Positions 26,201 through 38,503 of a DNA stretch of 64,000 nt are shown piece after piece. Position 1 is the first letter of the stretch. Each line of letters begins with the position of its first letter. Below the pieces are notes generated by a model. That model was not told where the DNA came from. It ran no database searches and worked only from the letters and a program-made list of their open reading frames with translations. This stretch comes from Narcine bancroftii (lineage: Eukaryota). Made by a program: the position numbers and the translations under genes. Location of the stretch: assembly GCF_036971445.1 (NCBI RefSeq), contig NC_091469.1, forward strand, positions 446,834,001-446,898,000, in the 5' to 3' direction.

Positions 26201-28794
26201 AGGTTCATTAAATATATTTAAGAGGGAATTAGATATATTTCTTCAGTATAAGGGTATTAAAGGTTACGGAGAGAAGCCGGGGACGGGGTACTGAACTTTA
26301 AGATCAGCCATGATCTCGTTGAAGGGTCGAATGACCTACTCCTGCTCCTATCTTCTATGCATTTTTGAATAAAGCGAGTAGTCTCTTTCCGTGGGATTGG
26401 ATTGCTTCTATACGTCCATCAAATTTAAATCTTTCATGTATAAAAGAGTTAACTTAGCTCTTGTTATTGTTCTTGCTAACTCATCAAGTATTGGGTCTAG
26501 ACAAAAATTAAAGTCCCCTCCAATCAGTATATTTTGCCTTCCCTCTGCTATTTTTAAAAGCACATCCTTCATAAAAGCCTCATTGTCATAATTTGGAATG
26601 TAAATATTCATCAACATCCATGATAGATTTTGCTGTTCATAATTATATATCTGCCCACTTGAGCTTTTGAAATATTTTCTATAACAATTGAAACATTTTA
26701 TTGATTAAAATTGCTACTCTCCCTGCTTTTGAATTAAATAATGAAGAAAAGGCCTGTCCCACCCATAATTGTTTTAGTTTTATCATGTTCTACTTTCATG
26801 AGATGTCTTCTTCTTCTTTGGCTTGGCTTCGCGGACGAAGATTTATGGAGGGGTAATGTCCATGTCAGCTGCAGGCTCATTTGTGGCTGACAAGTCCGAT
26901 GCGGGACAGGCAGACACGGTTGCAGTGGTTGCAAGGGAAAATTGGTTGGTTGGGGTTGGGTGTTGGGTTTTTCCTCCTTTGTCTTTTGTCAGTGAGGTGG
27001 GCTCTGCGGTCTTCTTCAAAGGAGGCTGCTGCCCGCCGAACTGTGAGGCGCCAAGATGCACGGTTTGAGGCGATATCAGCCCACTGGCGGTGGTCAATGT
27101 GGCAGACACCAAGAGATTTCTTTAGGCAGTCCTTATACCTCTTCTTTGGTGCACCTCTGTCTCGGTGGCCAGTGGAGAGCTCGCCATATAACACGATCTT
27201 GGGAAGGCGATGGTCCTCCATTCTGGAGTCGTGACCTACCCAGCGCAGTTTGATCTTCAGAAATACCACATCAGCTTTCAGCTTTTTTAAATAGGTAAGT
27301 ATTCTTTTCCTCTTGACCGTCACATTCAAACCATTAACATTAAAACTTATAAATTTCAATGTCTTATCCATAGCAGCATTTTGTAAATTCTGTGCAAATA
27401 AATAAATATGTAAACAATTTCATGATCTGCACCCTAAATTAAAAACTGTGCAACCTCCGCTCCAATGGTGACGTAGACAGTATGTCCCTGAGACCCATTA
27501 AAAAAAGCCTGATGAAACCTCCAGGGGTAAAACTAAATCCCCTGCTAACACTATTACCCCCCCACACCTTAAGCAAGAGTTTGAACCGTGCTGTACCTTC
27601 AATACCTTCTTTCCACTTTCCGAGTTCCCCGAGAGCTGTAGATAGGATGAAACTTTGACATTTCTTAATATAATTAAGGCAACCTTCACAAAAAAAAACT
27701 TTTCTAGGTCCATAAAATCTCTTATTTACATTAGTTTTTCCACAGTCAACTTTTCTTGTGTCTGCTTTCCTTTCTCTTTATCTTCTTCATAATTGTCGAA
27801 TGAAGTCTTCCACCTCTTCTTTTGTTTTAAAGAATCTTCTATTGCCTTCTGAGATTTCCACTCTCAAAACTGCTGGGTATAATATCGCATACTGGAAGTT
27901 CTTTTCACGAGGTTGCCTCTTGACCACACCGAACTCTCTCCTCTTTTGGATTACTCCATGTCTGAAGTCCTGAAAAAACCTAATCTCTGTATTGTCCCAC
28001 TTTATTGGAGAGCAGGTATTTTGTGAATGTTCCAATGCAACTCTCAAGATTGTTTCTCTGTCTTTGAAGCTTAGTACCCTTACCAGAGCAGGTTGAGGGC
28101 TAGTTTCACCCATTCTCCTAGGTCCAAGCATTCAGTGAGCACGTTCAATGTGGACACGATCACCAAGTTCATCAGTGTGAAGGACTTGAGAACTCCAAGA
28201 CTCGAAAAATTTCACAGTATCTCTGCCTTCTACAACTTCTCTCAGGCCAACTATTCTAACATTGTTTCTCCAACTGAAGTTTTCCGTGTGATCAATTTTA
28301 TCTAAAAGAAGTTGCTGGTCTATTGCCCATTGTTCAGCATGTTTTTTTCAGGACTTCAATCTGTTTATCATATCTACTGAGATCTCTCTCAGTGCCACCC
28401 ATTCTTTCAGATATATCATTTATTGCTTCGTCCTTATCATTCACTGAATTGGTGAGCTCCTTCATAGCATTTTCCACACCTGTGAAACATTGTCCCAGTC
28501 CTTCAAATTCTTGCAAAAGCTTTTCCATCTCTCACATTTGTTAAGAAGTAGAGGCAGCTCCCCCCACCCCAGTACTGTCTGTTGAGGTAGCTGATGAAGC
28601 CAGAGCTTCTTTTGTCGTTGGTCTTGGCTTTTTCTGCGTGCGATCTTCCAGTCATCTTCAACACTTCTTATTCAATGTTGTATACCCACTTTTTCAAGCA
28701 AAAATTCTATTAGAAAACACTTTTTGGTTGTCTTTTAGCACTTTTTCCTGAGAGCTCAGAAAAACACGTCCACTCAGCATGGCCATGCCCTCCC
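23216..28794 (-). mobile_element. Full-length degenerate L1-clade LINE (ORF1 + ORF2) in MTPAP intron 4
   Basis: ORF1 remnants: coiled coil, ALVRVLSFKDRETILR, IRFFQD, AILYPAVL. ORF2 APE: FNVNGLN, GGDFN, SDHSP, followed by RT fragments. Poly(A) end. TSD CAACT(G/C)TAGTATTCTT at 23200-23215 and 28795-28810. Confidence 0.9.
26806..27260 (-). mobile_element. RTE LINE 3' fragment nested in L1 ORF2
   Basis: RWVGH..RMEDHRLPKIVLYGEL...FPCNHCNRVCLSRIGLVSH; (GAA)n tail. Confidence 0.9.
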
Positions 28795-29571
28795 CAACTC
28801 TAGTATTCTTGTAAACAGCTAGCCACCAATTCTGATATATTTATCTTCAGTAATGCTTTGTTCAGAATATATTAAGAATGGGAAATTGAATTATAATTTT
28901 ATCACAAACCATTTCCAAAGAATAATTCATTTTTTGCTACAAAAATTAATCTGTATAACCTAAGCACAGACACAGTGTGACAAGGGGAATTCCTAAAAAC
29001 AAAGCACGTTCTTATGAACCATCAGGGACAACTTGTTGTCTGATCATTGGTGACCTAACTTTTTGCGAACTGCTGTGTTTCGTTTCACCACCTCTGGACT
29101 GATTAGTGAACAATGGCTGATTTCAATAGTTGGAAACAAATAAATAAGTCAGTGACCGAATTTTCTTGGAAAATCTTTGAATTATTTGAAGGCAAAATGA
29201 ACAGATTAGAAACCTCACTCATAACATTACCCACCAGTTTGTCTGAAATAATGACCACTTACAAAATTATAAAAAAGATATCTTCCATCATTAAAATGCA
29301 TCTTCTTTGTCATCTTGCAGAACTAATATAGCAAGTTAATTTCCTACTTTTGAAGAATCTCACTTATTTCACTCTCCTAAGAATATAATTATTCCTCAAG
29401 TTTAACATTCAAGATTGCTTAATAAGTTGTTTACAATCTCACCACACAAAAAGCTTCTACACTAGAGGACACATGATCCTTTTTTTACCATTACTCTACC
29501 AAACAATTGGTCCTGATCCTTAAAGGCTGCTTAAAAATTACTCAAATAAATCAGCCTACAAATTTCACTCG

Positions 29572-32500
29572 GTTACGTTGAAGCTGCCAACATTCTGGGC
29601 ATCGCAGCCACACGTGTGGTTCGAATAAGCTGAGGCCCAGTTCTACCGACAGACGTTACTACTTTGTGGTGAGCTCGCTTAACCAGGACACAGCAGTAAG
29701 TGTAATCAACTTCCTGCAGCAGCCTCCATAACAAGGCAAATACGATGCCCTCAGAGAGCTATTAACCCACACCTTCAGACTCTCACAGCATGAGCATGCC
29801 ATCGGATTGTTGGATATGGATTGTTTGGAAGGACAGGGCCCATCTGCTCTCATGAGCGAAATGCTCACCCTTGCTGAGGGACACAGGCCTTGCCTGCTCT
29901 TTGTGAGCAGATTTTTCTGGAGCAGCTGCCTAAGAAGAACCTACTCTCGTTAGCCGATGAGGACTTCAGCAACTCCAGGAAAGTTACAGCCTGGCCGGAT
30001 GTTCTCTGGAGAGTAAGAAAGAAAATGATGCCTTGGTGGAGCACATAGCCGGCATCAAGGCCACAGGAATCAGAGAGGTAAGTGGACCCCCCTAACCCAA
30101 CAGTATTGCTATTATCACCAATGATTGGGTGCGGGGCTCAACAATGCTGCCCACCCTGCGCATTTCAGGGAAACACCATGGCCAACCGCCGTTAATGGCT
30201 GCGGCAGTTGCCCAATGTGACAGCCTCCTCCATGTGTGGGAATCTCTATCAGGAAGGCGTTTCCTCATTGACACTGGTGGCCCTCGGCCTATGACACCTG
30301 GAACAACAAGCCAGGACCAGCACTGGGGGCAATGAACGGCAACACTATACGAACTTTTGGCACCCGCGTCATCCCCCTCCACTTCGGCAGCAACCAGTTC
30401 ACGTGGACATTCACGATTGCAGCTGTGGTGCAACCGCTGCTGGGAGCAGACTTCCTGCAAGCCCACTGCCCGCTGGTGGACCTTAAAGGGTGGCATTTGG
30501 TGCACACCAGGTCTTTTCGAACAACACCCCTTGGGAAGCCAAGTTACCTGCTCCCCACGTCAACTCCATTACTCTGTTCGACAACGCATTTAAGCAGATC
30601 CTAGTGGAGTTCCCTTCAATCATGGCTCCAGTTTTCCTCCGCTGAACTGAAGCACGGGGTAAGGAGCCACATTCTCACTAAGGGTCCCCCCCACTCTATC
30701 CCAGGGCATGCCGCCTTCCCCTGAGATGCTCACCCTCACCATGGAGGAGTTTAAAAACAATTAAAGAGCTGAGGATAGTGTGGCATTCTGACAGCCCCTG
30801 GGCCTCCCCCCTGTACATGGTACCGAAGGCAGGAAGAGGGTGGAGGCCATGTGGTGACTATTGCTGCCTCAATGAGGCCACCACACCTGACAGATACCCC
30901 GTGCCCCATATCCAAGATTTTACTACCACCCACATACCACCTTATGCAATCCCTTACTAATCACAGAGCACTTATGGCATAGGGAATATTTAAAGTGGTA
31001 CATGAGTGGAAAGAAAAAGGTTGAAAACCACTGTTCCAGAGGCTAGTGGATACAGTGGGTCAGGATCTCCCATTCATGTTTATCTATTTGGATAATATGC
31101 AAGTGGCCTATCTAAGATGACTGTGTAACTGGCTGTAGGAATTTGAACTATAAACCCTGCTAAGTGCCAGATTGGGTTGGAAACGATCAACTTTCTGGGG
31201 TATTGAATCAACAGGCACAGAGCGAAACCCCACCCAAAAAGATAAAGGCCACTTGGCACTTCGCCAAGCCCCACACACTGAAGGGGTTTGCAAGAATTCA
31301 ATGGTATGATTAACTGTTATCACCGATTCATACCAGCAGTGGCCACATCATGTACCCCCTTTTCGTACTCATGATGGTGAAAGGTAAAGACATTACCTGG
31401 GTTAATCAGGCCTCCGAGGTGTTCCAGAGGGCCAAGGATGCACTGGCCAATGCTACCTTTCTGGTAAACCCAGAGGTGCCAACCACTCTAACAGTAGATG
31501 TCTCCAGCACAGGGGAAGGGGACGTACTGGAGCAATTCATGGAAGGACAATGGCAGCCCTTGGCCTTCTTTAGTAGGCATCTCCAGCCACCCAAACTCCA
31601 ATATAGTGCCTTTGACCAGGAGCTATTGGCACTGTACCTGCTAGTCAGGCACTTCAAGTGTTTTTTAGAAGGTAGACAATTCAGTGTCTGAGTTCACCAC
31701 AGACATCCAACACAACGTGGCTAAGACCAACGTGGTGGCTGATCCACTGTCCCACCCTGCGATCAAGTCCATCCAAGCCCTGTCCCAATGATTAGACTAT
31801 TTTGCCATAGCCAGGGCATCCAAGATCCTGGCATACACAACAGCAGTTTCTGGGCTCAGGCTGGAGAATGTCACCATTGGTCCTAGTAACCAGATGCTCC
31901 TCTGCGACATCTCCACTGGCAAACCATGCCCCATTGTGCCAGCAGCATGGAGACACAGGTTTTCGATGCAATGCACAACCAGGCACACCCAGCCATCAGA
32001 ACTTCTGTCAAAATGGTGGCCAGAAGGGTCACCTGGCACAGCCTCCGTTAACAGGTCAGTGGGTCAAGACTTGAACGATCAGCCAGATGTCCAAAGTGTA
32101 AACACACGTCAAGACTTTCGACCCAGTGCAACATAGGTTCAGTTACGTTCATACTGACATTGTAGGGACACTACCAGACTCCCGTGGGGGCGAGATATCT
32201 CCTCACCAAGACTGACCACTTCACGAGGTGGCCGGAGGTGGTCCCGCTGGTCGACATGATCACCAACATCTGCGCCAGGGCACTGATTTACACCTGGGTA
32301 TCGAGACTGGGAGTCGCAGAGCACATGACCTTCAGTAGAGGCACACAGTTCACTCCAGGATTCTGGGCGGCTCTGGCCAATCAGCTCCACCACTGCACGG
32401 CTTACCACCCTCAGATCAACAGGTTGGTGGAGCGGTTCCACAGGAACCTAAAGGTAGCCTTCATGGCTCAGCTCAAGGAGCCAAACTAGGTAAACGAACT

Positions 32501-33233
32501 ACCTTGAGTCCTCTTGGGGATCTGCGCCGAAAGACGACTTCAATGCCTCAGCAGCTGAGATGGTGTACAGCACACTGTTGGTGATACTAGGAAGAGCTCT
32601 TGGCTGCTGCCAAGGACTCAGAAGACCTGACAGCCTCATTGACTAAGATGAGGGAAAGAATAGGCACTCTAGCACCTCCACAGTCTACGCCGCATGGCCA
32701 GCCCAAAGTCTATGTCCCCAAAGACCTGTGAGTACAGTTTCATTCAGAGTGGGCCACACTGAACACCTCTGCAATGGCCATATGAGGGGGCATATAAAGT
32801 AATCGGACAAAACAGGTCGACATGCTGGATATCAGCGGTAAAGAAGAGACCTCACTATTGACCTCCTCAAACCAGCACATCTGCAACGCAGAGGTAGGCC
32901 ACCAAAAGCGGTGAACAGCACTCCAATCGCTGGTTCTGGAGGAGGGGGCTGTGTAGCAGCCTGCTAACCGGGATGCAACCTGGCACACACAATGGCCGAC
33001 GAACGCGGCAACCACGAAGACCCCACGAGGGCCAATGACTTTCGTCCAAGGTGATCACCTACATGGCGGGAAACAATGAGCAATCTGAGACCGGCACTGC
33101 CGTGACATCACTCCTGTCGTCAGCAGTGGGAAGAGAATATAAGCAGAGCTACCAGTGCAAAAAAATCAGTCTTCTGACTTCAACTTCTTGGGTGCATGTC
33201 ATTCTTTCCACACTCTGCAGTAGGGCACATGCT
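29572..33233 (+). mobile_element. Degenerate Ty3/Gypsy LTR retrotransposon lacking its 5' LTR
   Basis: gag KLPTFW; protease FLIDTG; RT SPWASP/RPCGDY; RNase H QPLAFFSR/YSAFDQELLA; integrase TRWPE/YHPQ..LVERFHR; PPT GGAGGGGG then an LTR from about 32950. Confidence 0.88.
30920..31034. mobile_element. hAT MITE (left end lost) nested in Gypsy RT
   Basis: Matches the 4096-4227 body; right TIR GGTTGAAAACCACTG. Confidence 0.85.
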
Positions 33234-34280
33234 CTTTTCGTCATTCATTTTTGGCAGATATTTTAATTGCCCAAATCTTATTCTGTGGACTATACTTCTT
33301 AGGGTTCTACCTCTCTATCCATTGTTCAATAAATAAGCCAATAGTCATGGAATTATGGAAATTTATGGCACAGGAGGCTACCTGCCCAATAATCCCATGA
33401 CAGCCAAAAATGGACCAATTTATTTTAATTTCCCAATCTCAGTCCATAGCCATGCAGGTTCAACCTGCCATGTTTGAACTAGTTTTAGAAAGTCTATATA
33501 CATATATCCAATACCCAACCTTCAGCAATATCCATTGGCATCTTATTATTAGTTCAAAATGTTCTTTCATCTAAGGCACGCAGACTATCCTTGACTAACT
33601 AAAATGTTGACTTACGCAGTCATCAGAACTCTTCCGACAACTGACCCACTACTCCTGTTTCCATTCTTTCTCCACAGATGCCCTATGATCTGCTGAGTGC
33701 TTCAAGCATTTTCTGGCAGATACATCACATCCTTAATGTAAATTCCTATTTGATCTCCCTCTTTTATGAAGACTAAGTATTCCTAAAGAACTAAGTCTTC
33801 TGTCTTTGTACTAGTTCATTGGTGTGGTTTGAGGTGGGGGGGGGGGAAGGAAGATGTGATCAGGGATGAGTCCTTTAATATGTTGGCTGCTTTCCCAAGG
33901 CAGCGGGAGGTGAAGTGAATATGGAGTCCATGGAAGGGAGGTTGGTTTGTGTGATAACCTTAGCTGTATTCTCTTGTGGTTTTGGGCAGGGCAGATCCTG
34001 TACCAAGCTGTGATGCTTTCCATCAATTTGTGGAGCTCACACTGGATTCCATGCAATCTAACCTTTTGGACTAGCCTACCATGTGGGATCTTGTCAAGTA
34101 TGTCGCCGAAGTCCCCACCCACACACAAAACCCCATGAATTTTCTTGGGTCACCTCTTCAGTCACTGATATTAGGCTCACCAACCTGTAGCTTTTTGACT
34201 TGTCTTTACAAGATATTTGATTTACATAATTGACAAGAATGAAAATTCAATTTCCTCCGTTGAATTACAGCACTTTGTAC

Positions 34281-34505
34281 CTTTGTGCTATTTCTTCCAC
34301 CGATGCTGTCCAAATCCAGAAACATGTCGAGGTCACAGCCCATCTTGCCAAAATTATTTACAGATGATCCAAATGGTTTAATTGAGCACTCTGGAAAATA
34401 AGCACCTGCAATTTCCTTCAATAGGGAACACACAAGGAAACGAAGACGTGTATTCTCTTCAGTAAGTTGGCTCTCTTTGAGGACTGTGTATAATTGTTCA
34501 TCGAT
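34281..34505 (-). CDS. MTPAP: MTPAP coding exon 4 (nucleotidyltransferase GS...DxD motif)
   Basis: [28 protein letters not shown]...[23 protein letters not shown]; AG/GT flanks; 225 nt. Confidence 0.97.
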
Positions 34506-34785
34506 CTGAGGAAGAAAAGTTAGCAATTGTCAATCCACATTCCTCAGGCTGATCCCTATTTATTGCCCAATTAAAATACCTTGTACCTAGATGGCTCATA
34601 ATATAACCTTTATCTTTTCATGTAACTGAAGAGCATGCTCAAAAAAAAACCTTAAACCCACATTTGGGAAGGTAAAATCTAAGTTCTGTTTGGTTATTTA
34701 CATACAAAGATCATACGACCAAATCAACTTTACACTTTCACCATTACTAATCTGGATATATGCAATATAAATAAAACAAACTTAC

Positions 34786-35019
34786 ACTCTCAGCTTCAGA
34801 AAGTTTCTGCAAGAGTTCATTAAGAGGAATGACAGATTGTTTAAGCCGTGGCACTGAAGAATGTGTAGCAGTGAGTGATCCAAGATGATTATTCTTCAAA
34901 TTGAAAAACCTGGATTTGAATGGAACGGCACATTCATGACGAAGGCTTGGAATAGTGGAAGAGCATTGGATTGCTTCAATACTTTCTTTATCAGAGAATT
35001 CCACCAGAGCATAAATACC
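34786..35019 (-). CDS. MTPAP: MTPAP coding exon 3
   Basis: cacag|GIYALVEFSDKES...VPFKSRFFNLK...LSEAES|gtaagt; 234 nt. Confidence 0.95.
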
Positions 35020-36454
35020 CTGTGAAGCAGAAATAGGCACATAATATATTGCCTAAATTACAACATATTTTCCAAATCCTACTTGTTTTAGTACCACAAC
35101 GATTCAGAATTTAAATAAATATATTAGCAAGTTTACGTGGAAGAGTAAGTTTCCCAGAGTTTCTATCGATAAATTAACCTGGAATTATGAACTGGGAGGA
35201 TTAAAGCTCCCAGACTTTAAAAAATATTATTGGGTAACCCAAATGAAGTTCACCGCCTCACTCTTTGATGGAGGAGACAAGTCATCTTGGGTAAAATTGG
35301 AACTGCACAATGTTGGTGAGAAGCCAGCAGAAAAATTTATATATAAATGAAATTCTAAATTACTATTTGGTCCTGAAGAAGCCCCCTTTCTAAAACATAT
35401 TATTACAACTTGGAATGAACTCAATGCTCAAATTGGTGTTAGGGGAGGTGTCTCACCCAAAACAACCCTAGTGCAAAATAAATTAATTCCATTAGCAATT
35501 GATGAAAAATTCTAGAAACTTGGTCTGAGAGCGGGATCAAATATATCAAAGACTGTTTCGAGCAGGGACAATTTTTGACATTTGAACAAATCAGGAATAA
35601 ATTTGGAGTTTTAACTACATCCTTTTTCTGCTATTTTCATTTAAGATCATATTTAACGGATAAATTAGGTCCACCACTGATCTTACCGCAATGTACTGAA
35701 ATAGAGACTCTGGTTCGAAAGGGGATCACAACAAAATTTATCTCAAAAATTTATTTCTTACTTCAGCCTGAAGCCCCTAAACAAGGGCTAGATAAATCAA
35801 GAGATAGGAATCAGATTTGGGTAGAAAAATTGATCCATTTTGCTGGTCTGACCTGTGTCAGGACTGCATGAACATACAATTATTGTAAGGTATAGGCTGG
35901 TGCAATATAATTTTTTGCATCAGCTGTACCTTACGCCACAAAAATTAAATGCATTGAAATCTGAATTTTCCAATTTGTTTTCAATGTGGTTAAGATAAGA
36001 GAGACCTTTTTGCATTCGACCTAGTCATGTCCCGAGGTGAGATCCTTCTGGGAAAATTTAGGGAATTTCCTGGAACAAATTACTGGAATTCGATACCCTC
36101 AGGTGACAATATTGTTTTTATTGGGGAAATTAACAGATACGAGACCTAAAATGAGGCTGCCAAAATATCAATTGAAATTTGTTAAACTTCCTTTAGCAGT
36201 GACCAGGAAATGCATCGCCATTACGGAAATCTGATTCCCACGGCGTCTGATCCACTGGAAGTCAGAAATGCCTAGTTGTGCTCCCCTGGAGATTACTTAC
36301 AAACTCAGAAATTGTAACATGTTTTTAATAATGTGAAACCTGTATTTAAGATACACAGGGGTTAACCTTTGATGAATTTCCCCCTCCGATCTCCAACCAC
36401 TATCTCCAGTAGCCCCAGTGATGTCTAGGTCAAGCCATTTATCCCTTAAGGAAT

Positions 36455-36890
36455 GAATCATGTTAGTTACAGAGAAAGGTTGAGCAGCCTGGGGCTTTTT
36501 TCTCTGGAGCATCGAAGATTGAGGGGGGATTTGATGGAGGTGTTCAAGATTTTAAAAGGGACAGAGAGAGTCAACGTGGATAGGCTTTTTCAATTGAGTG
36601 GGAGATATTCAAACCAGAGGCCATGGTTTGAGATTGCAGGGGGAAAATTATAAGGGGAAATTTCTTCACGCAAAGGGTGGTTGGGATGTGGAATAAGCTT
36701 CCGGCAAAGGTGGTTGAAACAAGGACGTTATTTACATTGAAGGAAAGATTGGATAATTACATGGAGGGGAAAGGATTGGAGGGGTATGGACCAGGTGCTG
36801 GTCAGTGGGTCTAGGAGAGTGGGGATTTGTTCCGGCATGGACTAGTAGGGCCAAACTGGCCTGTTCTGTGCTGTATATGGTTATATGATT
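36455..36890 (+). mobile_element. CR1 3' fragment nested in L1
   Basis: SYRERLSSLGLFSLEHRRLRGDL; tail TATATGGTTATATG. Confidence 0.85.
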
Positions 36891-36914
36891 ATACTTCATC
36901 TGTATGCAATTAAT

Positions 36915-38503
36915 TAAAAATAAAGGCGAGAAATCAGACTGCTCAAACTACAGGGAAATCACGCTGCTCTCCATTGCAGGCAAAATCTTTGCTAGGATTC
37001 TCCTAAATAGAATAATACCTAGTGTCGCCGAGAATGTTCTCCCAGAATCACAGTGCGGCTTTCGCGCAAACAGAGGAACTACTGACATGGTCTTTGCCCT
37101 CAGACAGCTCCAAGAAAAGTGCAGAGAACAAAACAAAGGACTCTACATCACCTTTGTTGACCTCACCAAAGCCTTCGACACCATGAGCAGGAAAGGGCTT
37201 TGGCCTCGGATGCCCCCCCAAGTTCCTCAACATGGTTATCCAACTGCACGAAAACCAACAAGGTCGGGTCAGATACAGCAATGAGCTCTCTGAACCCTTC
37301 TCCATTAACAATGGCGTGAAGCAAGGCTGCGTTCTCGCACCAACCCTCTTTTCAATCTTCTTCAGCATGATGCTGAACCAAGCCATGAAAGACCTCAACA
37401 ATGAAGATGCTGTTTACATCCAGTACCACACGGATGGCAGTCTCTTCAATCTGAGGCACCTGCAAGCTCACACCAAGACAAAAGAGCAACTTGTCCGTGA
37501 TGTACTCTTTGCAGATGATGCCGCTTTAGTTGCCCATTCAGAGCCAGCTCTTTTCAGCGCTTGATGTCCTGTTTTGCGGAAACTGCCAAAATGTTTGGCC
37601 TGGAAGTCAGCCTGAAGAAAACTGAGGTCCTCCATCAGCCAGCTCCCCACCATGACTACCAGCCCCCCACATCTCCAACGTGCACACAAAACTCAAAACG
37701 GTCAACCAGTTTACCTATCTCGGCTGCACCATTTCATTGGATGCAAGGATCGACAACGAGATAGACAAAAGACTCGCCAAGGCAAATAGCGCCTTTGGAA
37801 GACTACACAAAAGAGTCTGGAAAAACAACCAACTGAAAAACCTCATAAAGATTAGCGTATACAGAGCCGTTGTCATACCCACACTCCTGTTCGGCTCCGA
37901 ATCATGGGTCCTCTACCGGCATCACCTACGGCTCCTAGAATGCTTCCACCAGCGTTGTCTCCGCTCCATCCTCAACATTCATTGGAGCGACTTCATCCCT
38001 AATATCGAAGTACTCGAGATGGCAGAGGCCGACAGCATCGAATCCACGCTGTTGAAGATCCAACTGCGCTGGGTAGGTCACGTCTCCAGAATGGAGGACC
38101 ATCGCCTTCCCAAGATCGTGTTATATGGCGAGCTCTCCACTGGCCACCGTGACAGAGGTGCACCAAAGAAGAGGTACAAGGACTGCCTAAAGAAATCTCT
38201 TGGTGCCTGCCACATTGACCACCGCCAGTGGGCTGATATCGCCTCAAACCGTGCATCTTGGCGCCTCACAGTTCGGCGGGCAGCAACCTTCTTTGAAGAA
38301 GACCGCAGAGCCCACCTCACTGACAAAAGACAAAGGAGGAAAAACCTAACACCCAACCCCAACCAACCAAATTTCCCCTGCAACTGCTGCAACTCTGTCT
38401 GCCTGTCCCGCATCAGACTTGTCAGCCACTAACGAGCCTGCAGCTGACGTGGACATTTACCCCTCCATAAATCTTCGTCCACGAAGCCAAGCCAAAGAAA
38501 AAA
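36915..38503 (+). mobile_element. RTE LINE, 5'-truncated
   Basis: ORFs 36904-38432 carry RT and C-terminal motifs. Candidate TSD ATG(C/T)AATTAAT on both flanks. Confidence 0.92.
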
